From Saccostrea echinata (taxonomy: Eukaryota), in NCBI RefSeq assembly GCF_033153115.1, contig NW_026889779.1:18228001-18292000 (forward strand): DNA of 64,000 nucleotides. Reading direction: 5' to 3'. Numbering within the stretch: the first letter of the stretch is position 1; each line of letters starts with the position of its first letter. The notes under the pieces were generated by a model that saw only the letters and a list, made by a program, of their open reading frames with translations, was not told the DNA's origin and ran no database searches. The translations under genes and the position numbers were made by a program. This document shows, piece by piece, positions 25,211 through 38,292 of this stretch.

Positions 25211-26924
25211 TCATAAGAGCTAAACAGATCACAAATTAAAAAAATAATTATTCCTAGGAAATTATTTTCCTTTATATCTAGCAGAAATAGTAAAAACATT
25301 GACATTATTTTGATTTTAACAATTTGTTTTTTCAACAGAGCGGCCAGAAAGACACAAGATTTAGATGCAAAAGTACAGCACGGAGACAAACAGTGAAAAA
25401 TGCGAGGAGAGATGATTGTAAATTCATAAAGATTTCTTTTATTGTTTCCAGATATCAACAACAGAGATAGGTTGGAATTTATATTTCAAATTATTTTAAC
25501 CCGGTTTTTACAATAAACAACCTACAGCAAGCCAAAAGTGATGAAAATCTTTTAACATGATACTTTTATGAAATGCTTTTTATTTTGAACCATTAAAAAA
25601 TTGAAATGCGGTATCTGAAGTATCTAATTCGGTTGATTAGATTATGTCAGTTTTATTTTTTCGTTGTTTTTTCTCTTTTGCACAACATGGTTTCCGCACT
25701 TTTTATCCATAGTCGCTTATAACTGTGGTAGTTCACCCAATCAAAAATGTCCAGTAGTAAACAACTATAATACTATAATGCTACAAATATATTATGAGTG
25801 ATTTTTTTTTAATCACAATTCGTCACATTTAATTTAAATGAAGAAGATATTTTAACTTTGACCATTGGTATAATTGCAAGCTACAAATTTTCACATTGAT
25901 TATTTTTGGTAAAATATAGACATAATAACTGAAAATTAACAAATTCCTATTTTTGCAGCTTTCTTCTCCATAACAAAGATGAGCAGTTTTCTGGGAACTG
26001 TTTAAAATGTAAAAGTCCAGCAGAATAATAGTTCGGTAGGCAGGACTCGTAGCTAAAGTTCAGGGGGCCCAGATTTTTATTCTGATCTCCTAGGTTACAT
26101 ATTCTCCCTCTGAGTTGCAAATGAAATTCCCCCAGGGCAAAAAATCTGGTGTTTTTGTCTTTGGGCTGAAGACATCACAGGTAATTTATTAAGGTAAGAA
26201 ACTTTTCGCCTCGTATCTCATAGCATGCTTTAAATTTGACAAATGTCCTTAATCGACATCGTAAAGGTGATCTCAACATTTTTGGAGTGTGTTGTTTTCA
26301 AAATAATTTTTTTAATAAATTCCATGACTGATAAAGGTAAAAATAGTGTATATGATATAAACTTTTTTTGTAGGAAACTGATTCCTTTAAACCATTTATT
26401 TCAATTGAAAATGTTTGAAAATTAAGTTTAAGGATAATTTCAGTAGAACATCTACCCTACTCCACGGGATACCAAATATAAGTTTTTTCCTCCTTGAAAA
26501 AGCAATTATGCAGAGTTTATACAGGGACCTGGGATAGAACAATGTATTATTGATTTTTTCTCACTAATTTTATAATTAGCAGTTTGAGGGGATATAGAAA
26601 AGCGCATGTATGTGTGGGTGGGTAAGTTTGTGGGTAAGATTGTCCTTGTGTGTGTAACGGAAGTTTTTCCTTGTGTGCTTAACGAAAGTGACATAATTTG
26701 CATCGAGACCGATGTCGAATGCTGCCTTAATTTATTGATATGCGAAGGGATGTTGTTCACAAATTCATTGATGAAATTTGTAGATTTTAAATTGCTATAT
26801 TATTGAACAGAATTTTCGCTTATATCACTTGTAAAATTTATATTTTATGCCTTATTTTGCATGACACACTGTTATATACAAGGATAGGAACCAGTAAGTT
26901 GTTTTTCCAATCCTTTTGATTCAT

Positions 26925-27281
26925 AACATTTGATTGATTGATTGTATGTTGTTTTACGTCCCATTCGATAATTCCTCACTCATATAGAGACGTCACCATA
27001 TACCGGTGAAGGGCTTCAAATTTTGACCTTTACTCGGCACTCAGGGCCGTTAAGCATTGAGGGCTCTTTATCGTGCCAAAGCCTTTCCTGACACGAGGCC
27101 TCGGTTTTTAAGGTCTCATCCGAAGGACCCGCAACTTTCACTTCAAAGTGCCGAGCGCATGGCGAAGGAACAGTTGCTACCCTTTTTTATCGACTTAGGT
27201 CAGTCGCGGCCGAGATTCGAACTCACGACCTCCCGTTCACGGAGCGAGCGCTCTACCGACAGAGCTACCGTGAACGGGTTC
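26925..27281 (-). mobile_element. Full-length tRNA-derived SINE
   Basis: Head tagctctgtcggtagagcg (A box) ... gagttcgaatct (B box); (CAAT)n tail; gattcat repeat on both sides; empty site at ~59450. Confidence 0.9.
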
Positions 27282-27802
27282 GATTCATTCAATAAAATAT
27301 GTTCAAAACAAACAAGGGATGCTCGGTTTTGCGGTGCCCTTCTTTTATCTACTATTCAATAAAAAACAAAAATAAATAGTGTTTTTTTTTTATTTCAAAG
27401 ACAGGATAAAAGTGAGTCGGACTCTAAACCCCCTGATCTTTTTATTACTGGTCCGATTTTCGATTTTTGTGACTACTAACAATGTTTTGATGATACATGT
27501 TTATGTTTTAATAACAGAAAACTTACTGATATTTCAATTTAAAAGGGAGTTAGAAGATATTTCTAAAGTAGTGCCATGGATAGACTAATTATTCATTGAA
27601 TTAATCCACCATAGAATCGATTTATTCATAGAAACCGCCATGGATAGAAAGAGATTTTGCCATAAGGGTTTCGGGTAGATTTTTTGATGGAATAGTCCTG
27701 AAGTACAAAATATAAATTACCAGGTATAACATAAATCCTGGCTGTTGTGTTATACTTGTATAAACATGGTTACAGAAATTTACTATATGGTTAAAGGATC
27801 TC

Positions 27803-29473
27803 CTACATGTATTTGATTTTTTTCACTTTGCTAGTGGCTAATTCGACAACAAAGAGGTTGTCTCCAGCGTCTACACATAAACCACACGGATAAGCTAAGT
27901 AAATGTTATCAATGTAACAGAGGAATTTTCCGTCCTCATCTAGGATGTGGATACATTTGTTGTTACCGTCTGATATCAGGATCTGACTCTGGCTGTCTGT
28001 TGCAATGCCAACTAGATCAAATGGTCCCGTGAATAAAGAGGCATGACCAATGTATCTAAACCGGAGTTGTCCATCCAGATTAACTACGACTACAGCGCAT
28101 AGTCCATAGTCAGCCGTGCAAATATCTAGATTCCTATTCTCACTGATGTATTTACATTCACTGAATGAATACAGAGGATGACCTTTATTGTCAAACTGAA
28201 TAGTTTGTTTCTCCGTGGAGCCAGAGTAACGGACAATTTTTGATTGTGTATAACCATCATTGTTCATGGAAACCAAGAGATCACCAGATGAGGTAGAACA
28301 GAGATTGTAAGGTATCCACTCCTGTAGTCTGATTACGTCTTGTATCTGATCATTCTCCACTATATTTACAGTTCTTGTACCAGAATCAGTGTAAACAAGA
28401 TGTCCACTTCTTGTCACTGCTATGTCATTTGGTCTTTTCCCTGATTTGGTTTGGATTGACTTCAATAGTTTACTCTGGAGGTTGTAGAGATTAATGATAT
28501 TTTCATCTCCACATATCCAAATTTCTTCATCATTGAGGCAGGTAACACTGTATAGCATGTTTCTAAGCCTCGTCTCTATGGTAGTGAGGAGTTCTGGTCT
28601 ATCAAGAAGTGGTTTACCGGAGGGAGGATATAATATATCTTCTGATGTATCCAATGTGTAACCATCTTCATCTGATGTAGTGGATAATGCTGACAGAGAA
28701 CCAAACATTTGATTCAGCCTTTCTATGTTTATCGGACGAGGAGAGAAAGTAAGTAACGGGACATTGACTTTAGGAGGTGTAATTTTGAACTCAGAAGTCC
28801 TAGATTTGTATGAACAGGTTAAAGAGACATCATTGGAGTCCAGTATTTTCTTCAGTTCAAGAATACTCTGTCTTAGTTCAGAAAGTTTCTCCTTGATTTC
28901 AGTTTCCTGTTTATTAATAGCAGCCAGATGTTTAGTTTTCATAGCATCAATTTCAGATTTTTGTTTGTTGACAATGATGTTTATTTCTCCATGCCAGTCT
29001 TCTCCTTGTTTGGTGACAGCTGATGTCAGTTTCTCGTAGTGTTCTTCCAAGGTTTCTTTTTCAGACTTTATATCTGATACAATTTCTTCATATGCAGGAT
29101 AAATTTCTTTCTCTAGTTCTCTGAGATCTTTTTCTAAATCTTTTGTTTTCAACCTTAGCTTTTTCTGAGCGTCAGTTATATTATGTCCTTTGTGTACACT
29201 AGAGAAGATGCATGTTGAACAGACAGGAATGTCACACTCCTCACAGTGAAGGTCACAATGTTTCTGTGTGTGGTTTAGACATTTTGGGTAGGAAGGATAA
29301 GAAGTTTGATGTTTATATGGTATAACCTTGTGTCTTTGGGATGAGTCTGAGAGATGATTCCCTACACAAGCCTTACACAGGCTAATCTGACAAAGTTCAC
29401 AATGACTCTGTAATGCAGCTGTTTGACACAGTTCACAGAGGAGGATGCCTTGGCCACTGTTCTGAGGGTCCAT
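27803..29473 (-). CDS. Type-A TRIM-like protein (2x B-box, coiled coil, NHL; no RING), A2, 556 aa from the first ATG
   Basis: MDPQNSGQGILLCELC..HCELC..LCKACVGNH..H; C..H..CDLHCEECDIPVCSTC..HKGH; NHL motifs YISENRNLDIC and [14 protein letters not shown]; acceptor ttttacag at 29507-29514. Confidence 0.93.
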   Translation of the reverse strand: MDPQNSGQGILLCELCQTAALQSHCELCQISLCKACVGNHLSDSSQRHKVIPYKHQTSYPSYPKCLNHTQKHCDLHCEECDIPVCSTCIFSSVHKGHNITDAQKKLRLKTKDLEKDLRELEKEIYPAYEEIVSDIKSEKETLEEHYEKLTSAVTKQGEDWHGEINIIVNKQKSEIDAMKTKHLAAINKQETEIKEKLSELRQSILELKKILDSNDVSLTCSYKSRTSEFKITPPKVNVPLLTFSPRPINIERLNQMFGSLSALSTTSDEDGYTLDTSEDILYPPSGKPLLDRPELLTTIETRLRNMLYSVTCLNDEEIWICGDENIINLYNLQSKLLKSIQTKSGKRPNDIAVTRSGHLVYTDSGTRTVNIVENDQIQDVIRLQEWIPYNLCSTSSGDLLVSMNNDGYTQSKIVRYSGSTEKQTIQFDNKGHPLYSFSECKYISENRNLDICTADYGLCAVVVVNLDGQLRFRYIGHASLFTGPFDLVGIATDSQSQILISDGNNKCIHILDEDGKFLCYIDNIYLAYPCGLCVDAGDNLFVVELATSKVKKIKYM

Positions 29474-29544
29474 TCTCGGTATATTTGTCACATCACGAAG
29501 GTGGTGCTGTAAAAGAAATTATGGAGTATTATTTTTGCCATAGA

Positions 29545-29918
29545 TCGGAACTTATACATGCAATGTAGATAGATAACAGAAGGCCACCCAATCTTTGTAC
29601 AAATTTTACGGGTGCTATTGCCATCGAAGCCCTACTTCCTATTCCAATCTGAAGACAGAAACTCACTGTACTAACTTCACTTATAAGAAATTAAATGAGG
29701 AAACCTTAAGAAGGAGTTCGGTCTTAGAGGAAACTGGGTACTCCGTATTTAGTACCTGGGAGCACGAATTCGATCAGCAAGTGCAAAGATATGTCTCTCT
29801 ACAGAATTTCGTTTGACACCTGAATCCCCTGATCCCCCGCGAAGCCTGTACTAATGCTTCACACTTGCACTGTGAGGAAGGAGTCATGCAATACGTGAAC
29901 GTCTGTTCCTTATATCCT
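29545..29918 (+). pseudogene. Fossil fragment of a Polinton/Maverick-type protein-primed DNA polymerase B
   Basis: YKFYGCYCH...GYSVFSTWEHEF...*HLNPLIPREACTNA...QYVNVCSLYP in a single frame; resembles the YEFxGCxWH, WECEF, PRDAxxGGRTNA and YxDxxSLYP motifs. Confidence 0.8.
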
Positions 29919-31109
29919 ATTATGTAGGCACTGAACGCTCTACAAGAATTATTAAATTCAATACTCCTTGATGAGGGATTAAGGCGGGGCTCTAATAATT
30001 ACATAATGAAATTACATCAGTTCTTCTCTTCCCTTTATATTTAGCCGATAAACTACTAAAAGTAAGCGCATTGATATGATCAGCAAGAGTGCTTCTATCA
30101 AAAAGTGTGAAATTCCTGGCCCTTGGGTTAGGAATTCTGGTGTTAAGGAGGGGATGTTTTGGTCATATATATTGAAAATGCAATAATGTTTTGAAAATCT
30201 TCTCCGCTCCTGCAATTTATGTCTAGATCACACACGCTTTTTTAATAACAGTTGTAAATTTTACATGTATGTAAAGTTTACTCTTGGTTTGCAAAGGTAA
30301 TATTTTAGATGCGTTCACATGCACTCTCAAAATGTATGCAAATCAGAATAAAGCTAGCAATTCCAAAGTTTTAGCAGATACTTGTATAGGCTTACTATAT
30401 GGTCTTTAACTTTATGTTATTTTCATGCACTAAGAGCATTGTAGTTACGTGTTTTAATGCCACTGAACAATTGACTTAATTAACAACAGAAAATAAATAT
30501 TCTTTTTAATATAAAAAAATTTTTCACTTTTATTGAAATCGATAATGCTATATATATAGATAGACAATTTCATTATTACTATACGTGTGTAAATTTTGCT
30601 ACGTGTTCACTTGAATGAAAATACATCAGGAGTTAAGGATGATATGCCACATTTGCGAAAAAATAAACTTTCAAAACGAGCATTTTTCTTTCAATTGAAG
30701 GAATGGTCAACATCCTATCTTCAACTTTGTAGATCTGTAATTTACGAAAGAACATAAAATAAAAGTATGCATTGATGAAGTTCGAATGTGTTTTCATAGA
30801 CGGGGTCATCACGATTTCCTGTATCTCCGTACAATAATGAAGACGCCCTCAAATTTTATGATAGTCAGCGCATGTTTGTCCATTGTTCTCCGTTTAACAA
30901 TAGTTGTATATTTGCATTAATAAAGTTGAGTTAAAAGGAGATTAGTGAACAAACATGGACTCATTGTTAAAAAAAACGAAAACACTGCTTTTTCTTACAT
31001 TTGAATATTATAATTTAGCATTTAATTTCTTACCTCAGGTAACCTTGTGAATACTAAATTCTGTCACGTGGCTTGTAGGTTAGGACCTTGTTTTAATACT
31101 AAACTGAGT

Positions 31110-31560
31110 CCGTCTACCTTATCAATACAAAGGGCTCACAGGCGGGTGTGACCGATTGTCAGGGCAACCTTACTTCCCCCTAGACACCTGATCCCATATC
31201 TAGAGATTTTCAGGTGTCCGTGTTCTTTGACCTGTTTACAGATTTATATTGTTTGAAGTTTTTTTTTTTAGATCGATCACCTATTTCATCAGTACTGGAT
31301 TCTAAAAAATCTTACATTCAGAGATATGTTGCAGGGTCCGATAAATGTTCAACCAAGTCCATATCCTTAATCCTAACCAAACTGCTAAAATGTTCAAACA
31401 TCAATAGCATCAAAAACGCTTTATATAACCATTCGTCATATTAGATTAAAGTGCAGGATTTTTAGCATCATAGACAACTACTTCCTCACTAAAAATGTAA
31501 ATTTTCCAATCTTGTGTTTTTTTTTTCCTCTACAAAATTACATACAAGTATAGTCGACAT
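31110..31560 (+). mobile_element. Old Naiad remnant (pseudo-LTR followed by internally deleted RT pieces); paralogue at ~63290-63775
   Basis: pLTR motif; SYIQRYVAGSDKCSTKSISLILTKLL matches YKERYIAASSKCSTKPLSLLLTKIL. Confidence 0.8.
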
Positions 31561-31782
31561 GTTTTAAAGGGCCGTCTTAGGGAAGTTTAAAAGTGGTCAA
31601 TTAAGTCAGATGGCCTCTAACTTCCCTTTGTCCCTTGAAAAAGTCAATCAATTCTATCAATATACTAACCAAATATCATTGAAGTTAAATTTAACAAAAA
31701 TCACAGAATAAAATAAGACAAGTCTTACTAACAGCTTATCATGTGAAAGCATATTAAATCATATGCATTTATCACGTTTATT

Positions 31783-32334
31783 TTAGGAATGACTCTAATT
31801 CTTGGCCAAATTATTCGAGTATAACCTGGTTTGGGTCAGTTTACGCTTTATAATCCGCGAAGCGGATTATAAAACAGCGTAAACTGACCCAAACCAGGTT
31901 ATACTCGAATAATTTGGCCAAGAATTAGAGTCATTCCTTATAATTTAATTCTAAAATCATTAAACAACTGTGGGTGTAAAATTTCGTTGCTTTTTATTAG
32001 TTCAAATTTGCCGCTCAATAATACAACCCCTAGTAACGGAAGTGATGGGAAGCAAGGGGAGGTAAAAACTGATACGTAGTCCTAGCAGCCATGTTTTTTG
32101 TTTACATGTGGTAAGATCCGAGGTACTGTTTGAAGCTAAAGGTACATTTATTAAATCTGGAATTTTCCATGAATCCCGAGGACTGGGAATGAGAGGATTG
32201 CATGGATACAGACGATTCAGCTGGTTGTCAGGGGGGTGTGCCCCCATACCAAACCAGGTTATACAGAAATAATTTGTGTTCCTTTTTGGATATTTACCAA
32301 TCAGAGGCTAGAATACAAACAAAATTAAATTATT
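31783..32334. mobile_element. Non-autonomous insertion with a 154-bp terminal palindrome (Crypton-like architecture)
   Basis: Near-perfect hairpin 31785-31938; partial third arm copy at ~32250; TTATT at both junctions; apparent empty site at 63988-63999. Confidence 0.7.
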
Positions 32335-35300
32335 ACTACATAGAAGCAACAATTTTAATCTTTCTCAAATTATTCCATTACGGTTTTGCGCTTGTTTCCG
32401 TGGACAGATGTCAGTTTAAAAATCACATACAATCATCAGAGAGAACTTGGAGCTTAACAAACTCTTGTAATTGGCAAGATACAAAGTAAACATTACTTAT
32501 ATGTGTGTCTGACTAATTTCCTTTCTTAAATTGACATTGTAATTCTACTGTAAGACACTTTGTTTTGAAAACAAATCTAATTGTATCTTATTTGTTTAAT
32601 TCTGTTTTATATGATTAGGGTAGACCGTAGGATCGAAGTTTTTAATTATCCAAGCCAATAACAAAAAGTTAATAATCATCACAGTTGATTAAACAATTTC
32701 AAGTGATAGAACAGCCGCCGGTATTGGACGAAAGAGCTGCATTTAACAGTGTTAATAATTTTGTGTAAAGATTTGAGTAGCCACGCGCCGCTTCCACGAT
32801 TTGCCGTTTATTCCAGTTCAAATACATGTATAAAGGATAAATACAGAGGAATTAAAACTTGCCTGTGGTCGAGAGTGTTCGTTGATTTCAGGTGGTCTCT
32901 TAAACAGTTCTGACTTTACTCTGAAATTGATACTAAAAAGATGCTGAGTTACTCGTTGACAATCGCTGTGTATTCTTAAGAGACCATGACTTTCAACAAA
33001 CAATAAACAAAAAAAAATCGCTTGACTGTGATTGTGCACATTCATTGACCGACCTGTTTTTTGTTGTTTTTTTTTTTCATATATATATTCTTAGATTCAG
33101 AATTTATTTAAGAAAAAAACCTCTCCCTCTCCATTAGAAGAAGAAAAATCTGTTTCAACTCAACATCTAGATATATTGACGACGTTTTATCAATTTACAA
33201 TAGTTACTATCATTTATATTTTTGCTCGATATATCTCAATGCTTACTTAAAAGGGGGGTCTATGATGTAACTTTAATGCTATTTCAAGAATTTTGTTAAA
33301 TATAAGTTAAATTTGGGCTATTTTTCTTTCGATTTTTACAATACATTTCTCCGTTTTTCACAATAGACTCCAAAATTTTTTAATCTAAAAAGTAATTCAG
33401 GATCAACCAAAATTATCTCGACGTACAAAATAACTGTACGTTTACACTGTATCGAATCTTTGGTTCCATATTTTTCAGTACTATCACTTTGTAATTTTTT
33501 CATTTACCAGAGAGAGGTAAATGCAAAATTTACAACATGATATTATGCATTTACCTGGTAAATTCAAAATTTACAACTTGATTGCATTGTATATTCTTTG
33601 AAAAAGGAAATTGAAAACTTTGTTTTAGAAAACCTTCTGACACAAAAATGTTTCTATTTTCCTAACTAAATGTTTTTGTACGGAATTTAAACTGTATTTT
33701 TAATAAAGAAATTATTAAAAATTAAGTCCTATATAAACCAGTCCTTAAATAAGTTTCCCTTTTTTTGTTGAGCAGTCCAAAATCTATTTTGTTGAAGTAG
33801 CTGGTGAGATGCTGAAATCTTATGACATTTTTAATTTTGCATTAAAGCTAAGATACGAGTCAACAGGTTGTGTCTAATTTCCATTCATTGGTGTCCGACA
33901 GTGGCTGAGTTTATACCGCATTGCAGGTATATAAAATTTACACCGCATTAAATTTTTACTTAAACAGGAACAAAGCAAATACTAAACCAAAGTCATCCAA
34001 AGATTTGTATTAAACTGATTGTTATAGGTATAATAAACATTTTCCCATCGTCCCAAGCCACTGTCCGGAGTCCGCATATAGCCACCCTCCCTCCCCCGAA
34101 TGGAAAAGGATTTCTCCGAACCCCGGTCCAAACTATTGCCTAACGGCCTTAGACAAACCGTTTGGTTCTTCGGTTTGACAAAATGGTTTCTGGCCCTCGA
34201 ACCTAGACAATAATGTATAATACTGCCATTCAAAAAACGAATACAAAGGAAATTTCTCAATCTTTCATTTATCTGTCTGAAAACAAAATAAAAACAGTTA
34301 CTCTTTAGGTACTTGTGGAACATTCCAAATATCTTATTAGATTCCTTAATTTCCACAAGTTCAAGAAAATTCTGATATTTTTGTATTTAAGAATAATACA
34401 TACACATGGAAATCATCATATAGATATACTTATCTCCCTTTCTGTAAGCACGTATCAAAATAAGAAAATCAGCTTTTTTTCTTTAGAATCTTAAATAATT
34501 TTCATAGAAAGTTTGACTATTTTTTATTTAAAAATATGGATACATTACCCAATCAGTGGTCTAAACACAATGGCTCATCTTCGAATCAAAATGGTGACAT
34601 TAACGTATTGTAGGGAATAAAATACTCCGGTTTGAGACTCTTAAATTTAAAGGCAACTTCAATTGAATTAGGACCTATTGAACTCATTAGAAATTTTATA
34701 AATCTTTTTAGTTTATAGTTTCCCTGTTAATATTTAATGGTCAAACCGGAAAATAAAAGCTTTATCACATGCAGTTCAACAAAATGAAATGATTGTTCTG
34801 ATTGTCTCAGAATGGGATGGAATTGAATCCAGCAGTGGTTCAAATGAGAATCGTAAGAGCAGAGCTTCAAAACAGCTAATTTTCGATTTTATGATAAGAA
34901 ACTTTTTAAGTTGAACAAGCCTTTTGATCCACAAACTTTAATTGCATAGAGGAATCAATGTATTACATTCATAAAAATAAATATTTCAAAATAAAAGAAA
35001 AACGTAATGAAAGTACATATGAACAAATTCGATGCGAGAAAATTTTTACCTTAAAAGTTATCTGAAGCTCTGATACAGGGGAGGTTCTGAACTGGAATCT
35101 AGATGTGAGAGTTTAACAACCCTCTTCAATCAAATACGTCATGGAAACAATGTATATATATAATTATAAGGGCTAAATAGATCGCAAATTGAACATGAGT
35201 TGTGCTTGGAGAATTATTCTCCATAATATTTAGCAGAAACAATGTTCGCATAATTATTCTAAGCAATGAGCCGCTTCTCCATACATTTTAAAATCTAAGA

Positions 35301-35349
35301 TTTCTGTATTGGGATTAAGGTTGTGTGGTTGGGCTAAGCTGATCATAAA

Positions 35350-35480
35350 NNNNNNNNNNNNNNNNNNNNNNNNNNNNNNNNNNNNNNNNNNNNNNNNNNN
35401 NNNNNNNNNNNNNNNNNNNNNNNNNNNNNNNNNNNNNNNNNNNNNNNNNNNNNNNNNNNNNNNNNNNNNNNNNNNNNNNN
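35350..35480. other. Assembly gap (N run)
   Basis: 131 N. Confidence 1.
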
Positions 35481-35571
35481 ATAAATATATTTATAGAATG
35501 CCTTTACCAGTGTTGTAATGCATGTGTCATTGTGAAAGGAAAACAGAATCAGAGTGTGTCTCATCAATTTA

Positions 35572-35833
35572 TTGATTGATTGTTGTTGTTTTACGTCCCA
35601 TTCGAGAATTTTTCCCTCATATAAAGACGTCAGTATATACTGCTGAAGGGCTTCAATTTTAGGCCTTTACCCGGAATTTAGGTACATTAAGCATTGAAAA
35701 ATCTTTATCGTGCCAACGCCTACCTTGACATGTGACCTCGATTTTTAAGGTCTCGTCCGAAAGATCGCAACTTTCATTTCAAAGTGTTGAGAGCTCGGCG
35801 AAGAAGCAATTGCTACCTATATTGTATCGACTA
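35572..35833 (-). mobile_element. SINE split by the CACTA-like insertion (remainder at 43803-43870)
   Basis: Homology to 26925-27281 resumes directly after 43802. Confidence 0.85.
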
Positions 35834-37807
35834 CACAGGGAAAAGTGGCTCGCATGATTTTCATGCGTTTGCCATTTCGCATGAAATTAATGCGAAAATC
35901 ATACAAAAATAATGCGAAAAGTCCCACATGCGAATTTCATGCGATTTTCATGCGACTAAAATTTCACATGATATTCATGCGAATTCCACTTTGTCCGTTT
36001 TTCGTGTGAAAATCGTGCAATATTCACAAGAATATTATGCAATATTAATACCATATGAGGAAAAGCAATGAACAAAAAAATTTAACATTTCAATGTTTAT
36101 TTAGATGCATCTATCACAGTGAGTGGTAAAAAATTGCCAGTCTCTGATGATCCTAATATCATATTGTTTGGATGCTCCTTATGAATCCATTTACATTAAT
36201 GATGGCTGTGTTTAAAGGCAGTTTTTCAGTCTTTTTCAGTCTTTTGTCCTGACAAGCATTTCCTACAAAGAAATTAAATCATAAAATTTTTTATTATATT
36301 ACTACCCATACTGATATTCCAATTGTTTCAGTCAAAGGGGCTAACTCCTATAATTACTGAATAGGATCTGTCATTACATACGATAAATTCCATGTTATCA
36401 CCTGAAAGGTCCATGTTTTGTCAACTTGTTTATGTTAAACTGCACTGGTATTTCATGTTTTCAGCAAAACAGAAGACCCTGTGTTTTGTACATTAATAAC
36501 TGCACAATAGAGGCATATGTCAGACATCAGAACATGTTATTGACCATGCAACTCTCTATATAAGTAGTGATTTCCCTAAGAACCAGCTACCGGCCAAATT
36601 AATCGCTTCAATTGATAAAAATGCCGCTTTGAAATAAAAAAAAAATAAAATAAAATTTAATTGTTAGGTCCACAGAGATTTGTCATAAACATCAACCCAA
36701 AGCTAGATACAATTGATCTCTAATACTTTACTTTGAAATAAAGGGAAATTACTGTATAAGGTTGTTGGAACCTATTGTCCAAATTAGATATAATAGTCCA
36801 TTTTAGTTATGATATTCCAATTGGATTTATGAGTTTTACAGACATTATAATGCTGAAAAGATGGATATTTTTAATCTGCATAAAATAATTAGAATATATC
36901 AAATGCAACAGTTTAATTATTACAAGGAATTTTCTTCATTCATAACCCTCACATTTGTGAGATTAATCCACAAGAAAATTGGATCTTTTGTGGGACCTGC
37001 GTCCTAAAATATTTTGTGTGATACACTGTAAAAGTCGAGTTTACAAGTCTCTGCACATGTCAGAACAATATACACAATTAAAAATCACTTTTAATGTTAA
37101 TTACTTACTCAAAACTTAGTAAAGCCTTGAAATAAATGTCGCTTAGCATAAAAAATGCATAACTTCATTATGACTTCGATGAAACGGAACCATTCGATTC
37201 ACCTGGCCTTGTTACGTTGAACTGTTGAACCTGAAATGAAAACAGATCCGAATTTACTCTGAAAATTTTCGTTGCAAAATGAATAACAATAAGAATCTAC
37301 ATTTTAAACACAAAATATGACAAACAATTAACAGTACATACATATTTACCTTCGTTTCAAGGGATTAGAGCACATAAATCCCAAAGAAAACTCTGGAACA
37401 AGCCACAGGAGGGTACACTCTGTTTTTTTTCTGTAACAGGAAGTGCAAGTAGAATCTGGCTAATTCGGCCAGTCAGTTTCGAATTCATCACAGAATCGGG
37501 AAATATCTAAATAACTATAATTTTTGTTCTTTAAATCTTTATTTTGAAAATCTATTTCCGCGTCGAAGTCGGAACTCTGATGACTACGGGGTATACACTT
37601 ATTTTACGAAACCAAAAGTAGTTTTTTTTTATGGAATGCCGTACGTCACATATTACGTCATGATGCGGCTGAGAAAGCAGACAAGAAAGAGCAGAGTAAA
37701 TTCACATGCATATTTTCTGTAAGTTTGTCATATTTTTATCATCTCCTTTATCACCAGATGAATGTAATATAATTTATTGGCAATATACATGTATGCTGAC
37801 AGCTTAA

Positions 37808-38292
37808 GGTCAAGATCTAGTAAATGAGTTTAGACTGTCTTTTTGGTGCTATATCCATTATGACGTCATAATTGATTTAAACTTAATTTTTCCCGTACTT
37901 TACGGCTATTATAGAATTATGTAGAAAATGAAACATTTTCATGGATTTCAATTTGAAATCATGTCAAAATTAACCCCGATACCTATATTCAAATTAAGAT
38001 CATTTTAAAGAAGAGGTCAGGAAGATATGAAAAACTGTTTTCTGAGAGACTGTAGGCAATATTGATACATTTTCTTTTTCTGAGAAGGAAAAAACTCCCT
38101 TATTTATGCCTGACTTCTTTCATTTTTCATTGAAAATAACAGTTTAAAGTATCTTTTTTCGTTGAGTTTACATAAAAATTATGCCCCGATACACCTTATT
38201 TTGCCAAGCTATATTTGTAAAGGATCATTGAAAGAACTTGTTTCTCAAATGTGAGAAATCTGAAGGCATCATTCATTTACTAGATCTTGACC
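37808..38292. mobile_element. Kolobok-like MITE nested in the CACTA-like element
   Basis: TTAA TSDs; perfect 20-bp TIR ggtcaagatctagtaaatga. Confidence 0.9.

Noticed and set aside
27200-27281. Functional tRNA genes (also at 14255 and 54225)
   Set aside because: No complete cloverleaf; they are embedded in SINE or repeat bodies
29474-29491. ORF-track N-terminus MTNIPR for A2/A3
   Set aside because: It starts at GTG; the first in-frame ATG gives MDPQ, matching MEPL in A1
33982-34356. 124-aa minus-strand ORF
   Set aside because: Non-ATG start, no recognisable domain, no splice support
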